From the NCBI GenBank assembly GCA_964016885.1, contig OZ024742.1:308264001-308328000 (forward strand): a stretch of 64,000 bases of DNA. Reading direction: 5' to 3'. Both the position numbers and the translations under genes were made by a program. Below the pieces are notes generated by a model. It was not told where the DNA came from, made no database searches, and saw nothing but the letters and a program-made list of their open reading frames with translations. The DNA comes from Eledone cirrhosa. Taxonomy: Eukaryota. This document shows positions 26,311 through 44,803 of the stretch, piece by piece. Numbering within the stretch: position 1 is the stretch's first letter; the number at the start of each line of letters is the position of its first letter.

Positions 26311-26913
26311 CTAAGGCGGGTAAAATTCCCGAGATCCATGGACGAGTTCTCTCCAGCGGTCTCTGTCCCTCATTATCGCTGCCATGTCCTGCGTCTCCAA
26401 CAGACGAGTGTCTGTTCTTAGGGCATCAACATACGTTAACCTTGGTCTTCCACTTCTAGTGTGTCTATGTAGGGGCTCCCAAAGGAGCACTGAGTGCAAT
26501 GTCAACTCTGGATGTCGGTGAGCATGTCCAGCTAACCTCAGTCTCCTCTGTGTCACTTTTAAGCTGACTTTTGTTAGAGAATGTTGAGAAGCCAGAGGGG
26601 ATCACTAATGTAGGCGGGAAGCCGCTAGAATTGGTTGAGGGCTTCCTGTATTTGGGAGCAAAGATTGGGAATACGGAAGATGATGTGGTTGAGAGGAAGA
26701 GTAAAGCCTGGGCGGCGTGCCACAGCTTGAGATCGGTGTGGAAGTCGGACCTTCGTAGAGACCTGAAAGTCCGCCTCTTCATTGCTGTAGTGGAGTCTGT
26801 GCTGCTGTATGGTTCTGAGATTTGGACACTGACCAAGAAACTCACTCAGATGGTGGATGGGTGCTACACGAGAATGTTGAGGATGGCTCTGAACATTAAT
26901 CAGTATACACTGA

Positions 26914-26915
<2 letters not shown>
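26311..26915 (-). mobile_element. RTE-clade LINE 3' fragment with 5' inversion
   Basis: Minus 26311-26556: QRRLRLAGHAHRHPE..LLWEP..GRPRLTYVD..DRDRWR. Plus 26571-26915: the upstream segment [40 protein letters not shown]. Confidence 0.87.
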
Positions 26916-26979
<64 letters not shown>

Positions 26980-26983
<4 letters not shown>

Positions 26984-27392
26984 GTATGTATACGTACATA
27001 CATATATGTATACCGACATACAGTAGTATATACATACATACATGCACATATATATATATATATATATATATGTACGTATGGGTTTACCGAACATTTATTA
27101 TAAAGTTCAGTTTGTTTGTAAACAAACAGTCCGAATTAAGCCGTACAGTGTTCGGCAACCATCGTTGCCCTTTTGTTCAAAACTGACAAAGGAACGATCA
27201 ACTAGTTTCTAGCTTATTAGCTGTCATCAGCACCGTATACCTTCCTGTCAGTCGATTGAACGTTTAAAGTATATACTTTCCTTATGCATATTAACGGCTG
27301 AGCAGCCTAATTTGCATATCGAGTGAGTTAGTCGGCCAGGCATACCGAAATCGATAAATGGAAAAAATGAAATTTCATTTCTCACTGTTAGT
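26980..27392 (-). mobile_element. Retrozyme-like HHR repeat, family B, diverged copy
   Basis: Colinear with 24900-25250; HHR 27194-27236 (ACGGTG-CTGATGA-CAGC..GCTA-GAAACTAGTT-GATCGT); octamer 27310-27317. Confidence 0.78.
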
Positions 27393-29155
27393 ATGATTTT
27401 TCAAACAGTATACCTCCATGCTTTACATTATCTATTAAATTATTAATTAATTAATTTTTTTTTTTGTTAACGATAGGTGATTTGTTATTCCTTTTATCCT
27501 TCCATGTTTCTTTAGAGAGTCTTTAAAATCTTTTTTGATTAAAAAGTTTTTGATTAATTTTTTGATAAAATTCTTTGATACATTTTAATAATATACATCA
27601 TTTGACTATACATTGATAATTTATTTTTATTTTTATTAGTTTTAATATTATATTATTCTATAATTATGATTAATAATTCTTAAAATAATTTCTTTAGTTC
27701 TATAATCATTAACCCTAATATTTATTATTGTTATTATTATACCTTGACTTACTAAATAAACATTTAATAATTTGTAACGCTCCTTTAAAAATATATTTAT
27801 GAATTACCTCACTTTCATCCCCTTCTTTCCATCAACCGTTATTTGATAAGTTTGTAAATCTCTATGTTAAGATGATGTCGTGTATAATAATATATGACTT
27901 TCCCCAACCTATTTTTATATGTGGCACATTTTGCTCATGATAGCAATTACTATACACCGGACCTTATTTTGCTGGTCATTTTATCTATATTAATCATTTC
28001 GATTGGTTTAATTATTTATTGATAATGACAACAATTTAACATTTTAACGTTTATTTTGCTGACTGCACCCAACGGATATTATTACATTTAAAGTATAATA
28101 GATTATCTATATACTTAAGACTGAAAGATGGCGCTGAAAAATATACCTTGAAGATGTATTTTTGCATTCTTAAATTTATATTTGATCCATGTACTAGCTT
28201 TTATAGACTGTTGTATGAAAATTTGTGCATTATGCTTAGATTCCTTATAGTATCATTTTTCTTTATACGATCTTCTTTTTAAATTTTTAAATTCTTCTCG
28301 CTATTGATTTTTATTTATATTTATATGATCATACTTCACATGTGCTTCTTCCTTTCCTCTCTTATATCAATGTTAATATCTTGTTTTTTTGCTTTCTTCC
28401 CAGAATGTTCTTTGACAAGGTTATCTGTGTTCTAACGTTTCATTTATAATCCGATGAAACGGCCTTGTGCTTGGATGAAACGATCGCTAGTAATTAAAAG
28501 TTCTTAAACAATCTTGGATTGTTCCTCTCTTGTACTCAACTCACCTCCTCAATTTCTCTAATACACCGTCCTTTATTACACCTCTTGATCATTAGCAGCT
28601 TCTCGTACAACTAATACATGCCGACTATATATGCTCACTCCACGTTTCCCTTCACTGCTCTTATATTAACATACTTTTGCTCATAGCTTCATACTTATAT
28701 GCACACACACTCTTTTACTCACATATACACACACATTTCTTCTTAGCTTCGTACGGACGTATAAACGCACCCCCACACACACACGCACAGATACACACAA
28801 ATACATGCTTACGCGCGTGCACGAGTATAGCTCTTTTTACAAAACGTTTTTTTTCTGTTTCAGGTAGAGGCGCTCCAGCATCCACTTTTCTAAAAAACAA
28901 ATCATACACAAAATACCAGCACCGACAGTTTTGCAAGAGATGTAAACATGAATGGACCTGTTAATTTTATCTATAGACATTTTTTTCCAATTCCATCCCG
29001 CCCTCAATCTATCTTATTTCTCATTATTTCTGCTGATGAAGGACTAGCGTCAGAAATGTTAAGACCCCCTTTCTGCTATATCAAGCGTTAACATAATATA
29101 TCCCTTCCATATTATGTACCGATTGTTTTGTTATTTCTGTTTACCTTTTACATAC

Positions 29156-29225
<70 letters not shown>

Positions 29226-29239
29226 ATTTATACATATAA

Positions 29240-29654
<415 letters not shown>

Positions 29655-29657
<3 letters not shown>

Positions 29658-29845
29658 ATTGTTTCTACTTTAGGCACAAGGCCAGCAATTACCCAGTGCA
29701 TTACTGGTACTTTATTTTATCGACCCCGTAAGGATGAAAGGCAAAGTCAACCTCGGCGGGATTTGAACTCAGATCGTAAAGGGACGTAACTATGCTGGAA
29801 AGCATGGCGTCCGACCCTCTACCGATACTGCCAATCCACCGCCAA
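29655..29845 (-). mobile_element. SINE family S1
   Basis: A box TGGCAGTATCGG, B box GAGTTCAAATCC, Deu/Nin-like core, (ATT) tail. Confidence 0.9.
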
Positions 29846-30013
29846 TGATATTTGTTTATTGAAAAAAACCAACAAAGATTTAATATAATAGGTCTGTTTG
29901 AGAACAGGTTTTGAATTGACCAATAGAAAGGTAATAAGTGGTCAAGATGGTAGAATAGTAGTAATGGAACTTTAATTTAGGGGTAGAAGAAAGCAGACTT
30001 CAGTTTTGAATGG

Positions 30014-30085
<72 letters not shown>

Positions 30086-30125
30086 TATATAAATATACAT
30101 ACATATATATATATATACACACACA

Positions 30126-30255
<130 letters not shown>

Positions 30256-30424
30256 CATGATGTATAATTCACCAGGTTAAAATTAACTTCATTTATTCAT
30301 AGTAGAATGTCTCTTGAGAAGGCAACACCATAATTCATCATGGAGCATATCAAGCAATGAAATAACAAAAGTAACCTTTATTTCATCTTAATATTTTTCT
30401 GTGTTTTTTTCTGTTCAAATTCTA

Positions 30425-30483
30425 GCTGTCTTATGAGGTCATAGCTGTTGCATAATGGCTACTACCGAAATATATATAACAGC
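30425..30483 (+). ncRNA. Hammerhead motif with mutated core (CTTATGA), in an element related to 51783-52316
   Basis: GCTGT-CTTATGA-GGT...ACC-GAAAT-ATAT-ATA-ACAGC; the downstream tail resembles 52225-52316. Confidence 0.6.
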
Positions 30484-30648
30484 AAATATGAATAAATGTA
30501 GTTAATTAAATATGAATAAATAAAGTTGACATATACTTCATACTTATGAATAAACTCCAGAGAAAACAAACCGACCCGCGCACTTCATTGAGTGTTCTAC
30601 CGTGCATACTGAATTGTCCGCTATTAATAAACACATACTCGAATTAAT

Positions 30649-30723
<75 letters not shown>

Positions 30724-31600
30724 GTACGTGTATGTATTCGTATACATACATACGTAGATTTATATAATTATATAATGTTTGTATGTATATTGTATATTTC
30801 CACTCACTCCCCCCCCCTCTCTCTCTTTCTCTGTGCGTGTGTGAGTTAGGTTTCTGCGGTGTCAAGAAATACATTTGCTTCTATTATTGCTACTGTGTAT
30901 CAATAGAGATGAGATAAAGTATTTTATCTTCCAACTCTGTTTGCTGGTCTGTTATTGATTATTACCATTTCATTGTAACAGCAAACTGTTATAGGAAGTT
31001 GAGAAACATATAATTGAAGTATAATATAATTCTAGCGAACATCTTACATCAGTTGAATAAATAGCAGGTGATGCAATATTACACGGCACTCGTATTTATG
31101 AATTCGCAGACAAAGCCATATTTCAATATATTGATTTTCTAGTTGTTTAATATATAACATAATATAAGCAGACAGAATACTTGCAAACACACACAAACGT
31201 ACTGTAAGATGACGTCATTTTAATATACTTTCATAAACTTAAGTAGCATTGGAAAATTTTGAAAATTTAAACGTAGTCAACCCAAAGCAAATGGTGATAA
31301 TATTAGTCGTTCCCTGTAAATAATAGTTGTGAAAATTGGAAAAATTAATCCAAGTGACGGGAAAAGTGGAAAGAGGTACCTCTTTACTCGAGTTTTTAAG
31401 TTATTATTTATAATGATCGACTATTATTATGGACATTTGCTATGGGACGGCTACATTTGAAGTTTCATATTTCATAATAAAAAAACAAATCAGTGGTCCG
31501 CAGTCAGTAGTCTTTCCCTTCAATACAGCCATACTATATTTCATCATACATTGTGGTGGCTCCGCTCGGCTTTCATACCGCATATTATATATATATATCA

Positions 31601-31638
31601 CACTGGCTTGGCGGGCAAGCCGGCGAGCCGGCGGTGTA

Positions 31639-31697
<59 letters not shown>

Positions 31698-31730
31698 CGC
31701 CGGTTGGCCGGCCTGCCCGCCCAGCCAGTG
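31601..31730. repeat. GC-rich inverted repeat with a (TA)n core
   Basis: CACTGGCTTGGCGGGCAAGCCGGCGAGCCGGCGGTG-(TA)n-CACCGCCGGTTGGCCGGCCTGCCCGCCCAGCCAGTG. Confidence 0.85.
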
Positions 31731-31971
31731 GGATGGCGTCATTGTATGGCTAAAACAGCACGTGCTGTGACCAGCGGCGCCGAGTGGCGCCCGACAAACT
31801 GGTCGGTCAAGGTGATATATACCGCATATATATATATATATATGTGTGTGTGTGTATGTGTGCGTGTGTGCGTGTGTGTGTTTGTGTGCGTGTGTGTTTG
31901 TAATACAAGAAAAATTTAGACTTCGGGGAGAAAGTATTCATTCTTGAAATACATAATTTAAATGTATCTAC

Positions 31972-32077
<106 letters not shown>

Positions 32078-32209
32078 ATAATAATAAATTTGAAGACTAA
32101 AATCCAAAGAGAGCTCGATAAGGATAAATATATATCAAATATATAAGAACCGCAGAGCAAATATTTATTAATATATGTTAATTTAATAAATATATATATA
32201 TGTATATAT

Positions 32210-32598
32210 CTCCTTGATTGTTGAGCTAATTCAGTTGAATAGGCTCGGCTGCTATTTCTGGGTGTCGATGATCCTATTCACGCCACTGGGATGACGTTGG
32301 GCAATGTGTGTATTTTTTAATGTAACACGTGGTTCGAGTCATTCACAGATTTGCATTTGCTTTGTAAACGCAGATGTTATCTTCTTCTCCTTTGTGGAAC
32401 ATCCAAGAATTTAACTGCTGTGATTTACGGATTAATAGGTGAAATATATTTCTTACTTAAAGAAATATATACAAAGGAGATTAATCATTTTAAAGGGTAT
32501 CTATATTTGAAGTTCTAGTTAAACATTAATTGGTTACCTACCTCGCTATGTTTGCTTACATTCTTTACAAATTATTCTCTGTGATTGTTTCATATGTT

Positions 32599-32605
<7 letters not shown>
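32210..32605. repeat. Dispersed TA-flanked repeat, diverged paralog of 57962-58340
   Basis: Colinear similarity (TCCTT.ATTG..GAGCTA...TTCACGCCACTG...GGTGAAATATATTTCTT...GTTAATCA/ATTAATCA). Confidence 0.6.
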
Positions 32606-32670
<65 letters not shown>

Positions 32671-32676
<6 letters not shown>

Positions 32677-33024
32677 AAAAAGAGATGAAATCGAAAATGC
32701 AACTGGAGTCTTATTTTTTTTTTAAATATATATATTTATTTGGTTCCTTTACCGGTTTCGCAGTTCTTCTGCTTTTCAAAAGGTGAGTTGAGATGGAGGG
32801 TCTGTGGTTTTTCTCACAGATGTGAGAAAAACCACAGACCCTCCATCTCAACTCACCTTTTGAAAAGCAGAAGAACTGCGAAACCGGTAAAGGAACCAAA
32901 TAAATATATACATTTTTTTTAAAAATAAGACTGCAGTTGTATTTTCGATTTCATCTCTTTTTCTTTATACTTTCACTCGTGTAGGACACCTCGGTTATTT
33001 TTCATTTCGTAAAAAAAACCTCAC

Positions 33025-33031
<7 letters not shown>
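32671..33031. mobile_element. Near-perfect palindromic fold-back element (~150-bp arms) plus tail, in (TA)n
   Basis: Centre at ~32820; carries the HHR 3' half GAAACCGGTA only; related copies at 36108-36310 and 61390-61605. Confidence 0.85.
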
Positions 33032-33095
<64 letters not shown>

Positions 33096-34937
33096 CATAT
33101 TTTTATTCGCACATGACTCGTGTTTCATTATTGATCAGCTGAAGGTATGACCGACCACATATCTAAGGACTATATACATATAGGCGGATTTGAGTGTTAT
33201 TTATGTGCTATTTCGAACAGTTACTCCGAATATATAAATAAATGCTCTAATTTGGCTTAAGCAATTCTGAATTTTCCTAAAATTGTAATCTGTACTTTAC
33301 CCTGGTAATCATGCATAGAATGACTGACTAAGATACTGATAAATATCTTTATCACAAAACCAATGCAGAATAAATGATGGAGTAATCAAAATGTAAGCTT
33401 TGCTTTTTAAGCCATCATATTATCGTCTTGGTCATCGGTTGCTAACTTTATATCTCTAATAATAAAAAAAAACGTTCTGAAATTGACGAACAAATTTGAA
33501 TTATCTATTCGGTTGCAGGCGTGGGATTCACATTCAATTAATTTCAAATTATTTTCATATTAAAAGTACTCATGCACTTTATTGAATAATCATTTGTGAT
33601 TAATTGAAGAGCACATTAGTAATTAGGTTTCATTAAAAATTGCATTTGCCTATTTTTTATAGTTCTGTGAGTTTAATTAAACACATTGTCCTGGGATGAA
33701 ACAATATAAAATGTTATTTATGATATGTCTGTACATATAGACATTCTGTGAGGTAGACCAGGCGTTTTCTTTAGTTTATTGAACGTTTATTGTTTGTGAT
33801 TTATTAAGATGGATACATGATATAATAGGAAACATAAGGTAAAATGTATATACTGTTCTTGTTTAGTTTGTCTAACATTATTCTAGTTTTCACTCCATTA
33901 TTTATTATATGCATAGTAGTGGCTTTCCCAAAATTAGGGTGTGCGTAGAATATGAGAAAATATATTTAATCATGTATAAATATTCGAAACAATATTGAAA
34001 GTTGATGAGAATATTTAATGTTTGTGAGATCTCCTCTCGTCCATTTTATTACTTTTTCCCTTTTTTCCTATCACTTCTGCGGGCTATTTTTTCCTATCAC
34101 TTCTAACCGTTGATTGCTATCCTTTGAGGTACATTTTACTCGACGCCGTCATTGACAGTATTTTCCTGTTTTAACAGCTTCCTTGCGCTGAGTGTTTCCC
34201 ATTACTCTATCAATTCAAATATTTTATATTCACAGGGAAATATTCTTAAGCTTTCATGTATACTATATAACAAAGGTGAAAGGTACCGTCCAACTACCAT
34301 CATGGTTAGTACAAAATACATATATTCCACTGGTATCAGGACAACATCATTTACAAGGCAGTAATCGTTTTTCACAAAGCCCCCATTACTAATACTATAT
34401 GAGGAATCACTAATTTATGAAATGGGTGTTATCTTTGTACATTGAGAAAAGGATAAGCGACTTATATTTAACGTGTTGGTGTGTGATTCTCTTGTAACAA
34501 TTTTCGGAATGGCCTTTTCCCCGAGTGGTCAATCATGCAGCAGCACCCCAACCCAGGTCTTAACTTACCAACGTATCAAGGGTAGGTTACATTGGGGCTT
34601 ACAAGAGAAAGCAGTGTGCTTGGTATGCAACATTGGTAACATACTACATGCGAGACGGCTGTGAAATATGTAATTGATTTTGAGATAATGTTTAGCAAGT
34701 GATGTTAAGTAATTTCATGTCTACTTGTTCACCTGTCACGCGAAATTTGTTTAAATACATCTCTTTCGGATGATTTAAAACTATCAGCACAATTATCATC
34801 ATCTTATCAACTAATTGACTATCCAATTCCGTTTAAAGATGTAAATTTGGTGAGACAGCTCAAAATATTGCAGAATACGAACAAAGTTAGAGCTGAGAGA
34901 AAACACTTGCAGAGTATCAGAGAGAGAGTGAGAGAGG

Positions 34938-34942
<5 letters not shown>

Positions 34943-35020
<78 letters not shown>
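34943..35020. repeat. (GA)n microsatellite
   Basis: Directly visible. Confidence 0.95.
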
Positions 35021-35025
<5 letters not shown>

Positions 35026-36019
35026 AGATTCTAAAGACATTTTTGTTGTCATATTGTTATAATATTGCATGTTGAAGAGAGAAAGAGACAGAGATGTAGA
35101 CAGAGAAAGAGAGAAAAATGAGAGACTGAATGAAAGAACGAGAAGAGAAATCATACATAGGAAATATGTTGAGGATATAATCCATTTATATTTTCTGTTT
35201 GATAAGATGGCATTTTCGAATATGTCCAACAAAACTAGATAGTAAGTTTCACATTAATTTAGCATATAACACTTCACAAACTTCTCATTGGATATTTTGT
35301 CTGCTGCTCTAGTGCAAGTATGAAAGATTTTAGTATGTTTTATTATCCTACATAAAATACAGATCACCAAATATAAACATAATAGGAAGCGAACAATATT
35401 TAGCCGAGAGACTAACAAAATAACTGTTTAGCCGTTATTAATTGTTAAAATGTATAGTAGGTATACAATGATAACTTGAAGTCCATTAGTTATGTATGTA
35501 TTCTCTCCGCTAAATGGTTGCACATTACTTCCACTACAAAAACATAGCTTATGGTATGCTTTTTTATGATAGATATGGCTTGAAATCTAAATACATATAC
35601 ATTTGGAATATGTATGTTATATAAATTTTCCAGACTACCACTGCTAAGTAATTGGTCAGTGGATGGAGAAATAAACCTAAAGTGACTTTTCAGATACCAA
35701 TTCACTTCTACAGCTAACACTCAGTGGAGAAAGTGTGGACGTGTCTTCTGAAAATATAAAGAAATTGTGCTTAGCCAAGGAGGAACTAATAACGTAAACC
35801 ACTAGCATTATACATTATTGTTATTGCTTTGGGGATACAATATCACATACAATATCAACTTGATTTATTTCATGCGTTACTCCTTTAAAAATAATTTTAT
35901 CTGACAACCTCTTGCTTCAAGAATATAGCAATACTTTTCGAATGTATTCATTTCTTGACCTTTGTCTCTTGTCAGAGGCGTTTGAGAATATATTGTTTAA
36001 AAAGCACACACGCACATAA

Positions 36020-36083
<64 letters not shown>

Positions 36084-36627
36084 ACACACATATATATATA
36101 TATATATTAGAAAGTGAGGTTTTTTTTACAAAATGAAAAATAACCGAGGTGTCCTACACGAGTGAAAGTATAAAGAAAAAAAGATGAAATCGAAAATGCA
36201 ATTGGAGTCTTATTTTTTAAAAAATATATATATTTATTTGGTTTCATTACCGGTTTCGCAGTTCTTCTGCTTTTCAAAAGTAGAGTTAAGATGGAGGGTC
36301 TGTGGTTTTTCTTTTTTTTTTATATATATATAAGTATGTATACGTACATACATATATGTATACAGAAGTACAGTAGTATGTATATATATACATATATGCA
36401 CACATATATATATATGTACGTATGGGTTTACCATTGTCAGTGGCAAAATGGTAACGATGGTTGCTAAACACTGTACGGCTTAATTCAGGCTGTTTGTTTA
36501 CATCCAAACCGAGCATTATAATAAATGTTCGGTAAACCCATACGTACATATATATGTGTATGTGCATGTATGTATATATATACATACTACTGTACTTCTG
36601 TATGCATATATGTATGTACGTATACAT

Positions 36628-41120
<4,493 letters not shown>

Positions 41121-41408
41121 CAAATAACGAAACGAAATTAAATTTCGTTTCGTTTGTAACTCACTTTTGTATGACTGACGCTTAAACAATTAAGTTAAAA
41201 ATGTACATCTACATATGCATACTGAAATACTAGTATGCATATGAATATACACACGTATACATATGTAGATGTACCAAGTCTTTCACTGGTTACTTTACTG
41301 TGAGTATCCAGCTATTCTGTATGTAAACACACAGACAACCCGGTTTTTAGAGTCATACTGGTTTTTGAGGAAACACCTTTCCTCTATTCTCCAGAAAGCC
41401 AGACAAGG

Positions 41409-41453
41409 AATATTGAACTAGTTTCGTTGTTGTTACAACTCATCAGCAATATT
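41409..41453 (-). ncRNA. Type I hammerhead ribozyme
   Basis: AATATTG-CTGATGA-GTTG TAACAA CAAC-GAAAC-TA-GTT-CAATATT. Confidence 0.9.
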
Positions 41454-41696
41454 TACCTATCTACCGGCCTTTCTGGAGAATCGTAAAAGCACATATCGTT
41501 ATATGCTTTTTCTATGAAAATTAGTAGTGGGCAGACTAATTTGCATAGAGTGTGAGTACGTACCGGTTCAACGGAGACGATAAAAACAAATAACGAAACG
41601 AAATTAAATTTCGTGAGTTACAAACGAAACGAAATTTAATTTCGTTTCGTTATTTGTTTTTATCATCTCCGTTGAACCGGTACGTACTCACACTCT

Positions 41697-41745
41697 ATGC
41701 AAATTAGTCTGCCCACTACTAATTTTCATAGAAAAAGGATATAAC
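41697..41745 (+). promoter_or_regulatory. Putative octamer (ATGCAAAT) plus TATA-like cassette upstream of the HHR
   Basis: ATGCAAATTAGTCTGC...TAATTTTCATAGAAAAAG.ATATAA; a homologous block is conserved in family B at 25115-25162 and ~27270-27317. Confidence 0.4.
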
Positions 41746-41789
41746 GATATGTGCTTTTACGATTCTCCAGAAAGGCCGGTAGATAGGTA

Positions 41790-41834
41790 AATATTGCTGA
41801 TGAGTTGTAACAACAACGAAACTAGTTCAATATT
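41790..41834 (+). ncRNA. Type I hammerhead ribozyme
   Basis: AATATTG-CTGATGA-GTTG TAACAA CAAC-GAAAC-TA-GTT-CAATATT; perfect stems I and II. Confidence 0.9.
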
Positions 41835-42255
41835 CCTTGTCTGGCTTTCTGGAGAATAGAGGAAAGGTGTTTCCTCAAAAACCAGTATGACTCTAAAAAC
41901 CGGTTTGTCTGTGTGTTTACATACAGAATAGCTGGATACTCACAGTAAAGTAACCAGTGAAAGACTTGGTACATCTACATATGTATACGTGTGTATATTC
42001 ATATGCATACTAGTATTTCAGTATGCATATGTAGATGTACATTTTTAACTTAATTGTTTAAGCGTCAGTCATACAAAAGTGAGTTACAAACGAAACGAAA
42101 TTTAATTTCGTTTCGTTATTTGTTTTTATCGTCTCCGTTGAACCGGTACGTACTCACACTCTATGCAAATTAGTCTGCCCACTACTAATTTTCATAGAAA
42201 AAGCATATAACGATATGTGCTTTTACGATTCTCCAGAAAGGCCGGTAGATAGGTA

Positions 42256-42300
42256 AATATTGCTGATGAGTTGTAACAACAACGAAACTAGTTCAATATT
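42256..42300 (+). ncRNA. Type I hammerhead ribozyme
   Basis: Identical to 41790-41834. Confidence 0.9.
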
Positions 42301-42518
42301 CCTTGTCTGGCTTTCTGGAGAATAGAAGAAAGGTGTTTCCTCAAAAACCAGTATGACTCTAAAAACCGGTTTGTCTGTGTGTTTACATACAGAATAGCTG
42401 GATACTCACGGTAAAGTAACCAGTGAAAGACTTGGTACATCTACATATGTATACGTGTGTATATTCATATGCATACTAGTATTTCAGTATGCATATGTAG
42501 ATGTACATTTTTAACTTA

Positions 42519-42591
<73 letters not shown>

Positions 42592-42596
42592 TACAA

Positions 42597-43845
42597 TAAA
42601 AGAACAGAGATAGTTTAAAGCTAATCTCTGACTGGTAACCATCTCACTCAACAAACATTAGGTTATATTTTAATATAAACCCAATTTAAGTGTTTGGGGT
42701 GCTAACAATATGTATTATGTGGAAAAGCCAGTTGTATTATTTTACGAGATATAATTAAAGTTAAAATATTTCTCTCTTTCCAAACAATTGTTTCATTATA
42801 GGTTTTCTACAAATTCAGAGAATATCTCCAGTTTATGTAGAAGCCTAATATACATTCATATAAGAATATATTTAGGTGTGTGCTTATAAATCATCAGTGG
42901 AAGCCCATTAAACTTTGATATAAGAAAAGCATTTCTTACCAGAGTTAAAAATCGTGTCTGTTAAGTTGCTCCTTCCCGCATCGAATGACTGGCAAATTTG
43001 AAATTCCAGCAGTTTTTGACTGAGGAAGCATCATAGCGTCACTAAGCGGGAAGGGGAGACAACTACGATCCACGAAAGGAGGAGAAAAAAATAATAATAT
43101 ACACGCGGGTTAATCAGTTTTTCGAAAACATTATCAATCCAACGTGTTAAGAACTCAATTGAAATAAAAAAGATAAATATATGCGTGTATAAATTACATA
43201 CGCATATAGATATTTGCTTAGGCTAAAATCAGAGGTTGTACCTGAATAAGAAACCGCATCTCATAACCGTAGTAAATACGGAAAGTTATGCTTTAAAGGG
43301 CAAATGGGAATGTAAATCTCCGGCCGAATTAAGAGTAAAATATAAAACACACGCTGGTTAATTAGTTATTTCAAAACTAATATCAATTCCTCGTGTAAAG
43401 AACTCAATTAATTTAAAAAAATAAATGTATGCATGTAATTATATACATAGGCATATATATATTTTCTTGGGCTAAAAAACAAAGAAGTTACAACCAATAA
43501 AAACCACAATATCGCACAACAGTAATAAATACGGAAAGTCAAATTTATAAGGTACCTGGAAATAAACACCTCTGGACAATCAAGAGTAAAATATTAATAC
43601 AATAACAGAGATAGTTTAAAGCTAATCTCTGACTGGTAACCATCTCACTCAACAAACATTAGGTTATATTTTAATATACACCCAATTTAAGCGTTTGGGG
43701 TGCTAACAATATGTATTATGTGGAAAAGCCAGTTGTATTATTTTACGAGATATAATTAAAGTTAAAATATATCTCTCTTTCCAAACAATTGTTTCATTAT
43801 AAGTTTTCTACAAATTCGGTGAATATTTCCAGTTTATGTAGAAAC

Positions 43846-43850
<5 letters not shown>
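42597..43850. repeat. Element with ~250-bp direct terminal repeats (period ~1 kb) and an internal diverged tandem
   Basis: ~42600-42850 matches ~43602-43850; ~43095-43345 resembles ~43345-43600; TA flanks. Confidence 0.8.
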
Positions 43851-43903
<53 letters not shown>

Positions 43904-44000
43904 ATGTATATAATATATATATTAGATATTTATACTCTGCTATGTATTGAGTACCCTACTAACTGTGGTTACCCCCGATTGAACCCGGGGTAAACTTATA

Positions 44001-44051
<51 letters not shown>

Positions 44052-44698
44052 ATGATAGACAAAGCAAACACAGAGATGCAAAACTACATCTCATTAGTTT
44101 TTAGGATTATGATAAAGTTAAATGACGGTTCAACGTATCGGACATGTTCTTCTTCGGGAAAGGGAGAGGTCGGAGAGAGGGAAATTGTTGGAACAGAAAT
44201 CTAGGGAGGGTTGGTGAGTGGTCCGTTGTGTGAGTGTGAGGGCCGAGGATGAGAGTCCACGTGTGTCATGCGTGTTATATGTGTGCGTGACGGAGGGCAT
44301 TTAGTGGGTGTGAATTATTGTTTCTGTGTGTGTGTGGTTAGTGTATCGTTGATGAAACGCTGCATGCGTGTGTCTCTTCTCTTTTATATAGTTTTGTGTG
44401 TGTATATTCTGTACGAATGAGTGTATGTGTATGTGTGTCTGTGTATGCTTATATATGAGTAAGTATGTGTATATGCACGTGCGTGACAGAATGTTTTATA
44501 TTGTTTGTGTGCGTGAGTGTGCACGTATCTGTTTGAGTCTCTTTATGTATGACTGTGTGTATGTGTATATGAAAACACATGTGTATGTCTGAATTTTTTA
44601 TGTGTTTTTCTGTGCGTATGTATATACATACGTGTGTAGCTGTGGATTCTTTACACATACACACATATACACACACAAATACATACATATATATATAA

Positions 44699-44803
<105 letters not shown>

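Noticed and set aside
31440-31585. Possible host exon (minus ORF RYESRAEPPQC...)
   Set aside because: No recognisable domain or convincing splice context.
32969-33031. HDV-like fold in the element tail
   Set aside because: Only one hairpin (GGTTATTTTT/AAAAAAAACC) was found, with no P1 partner.
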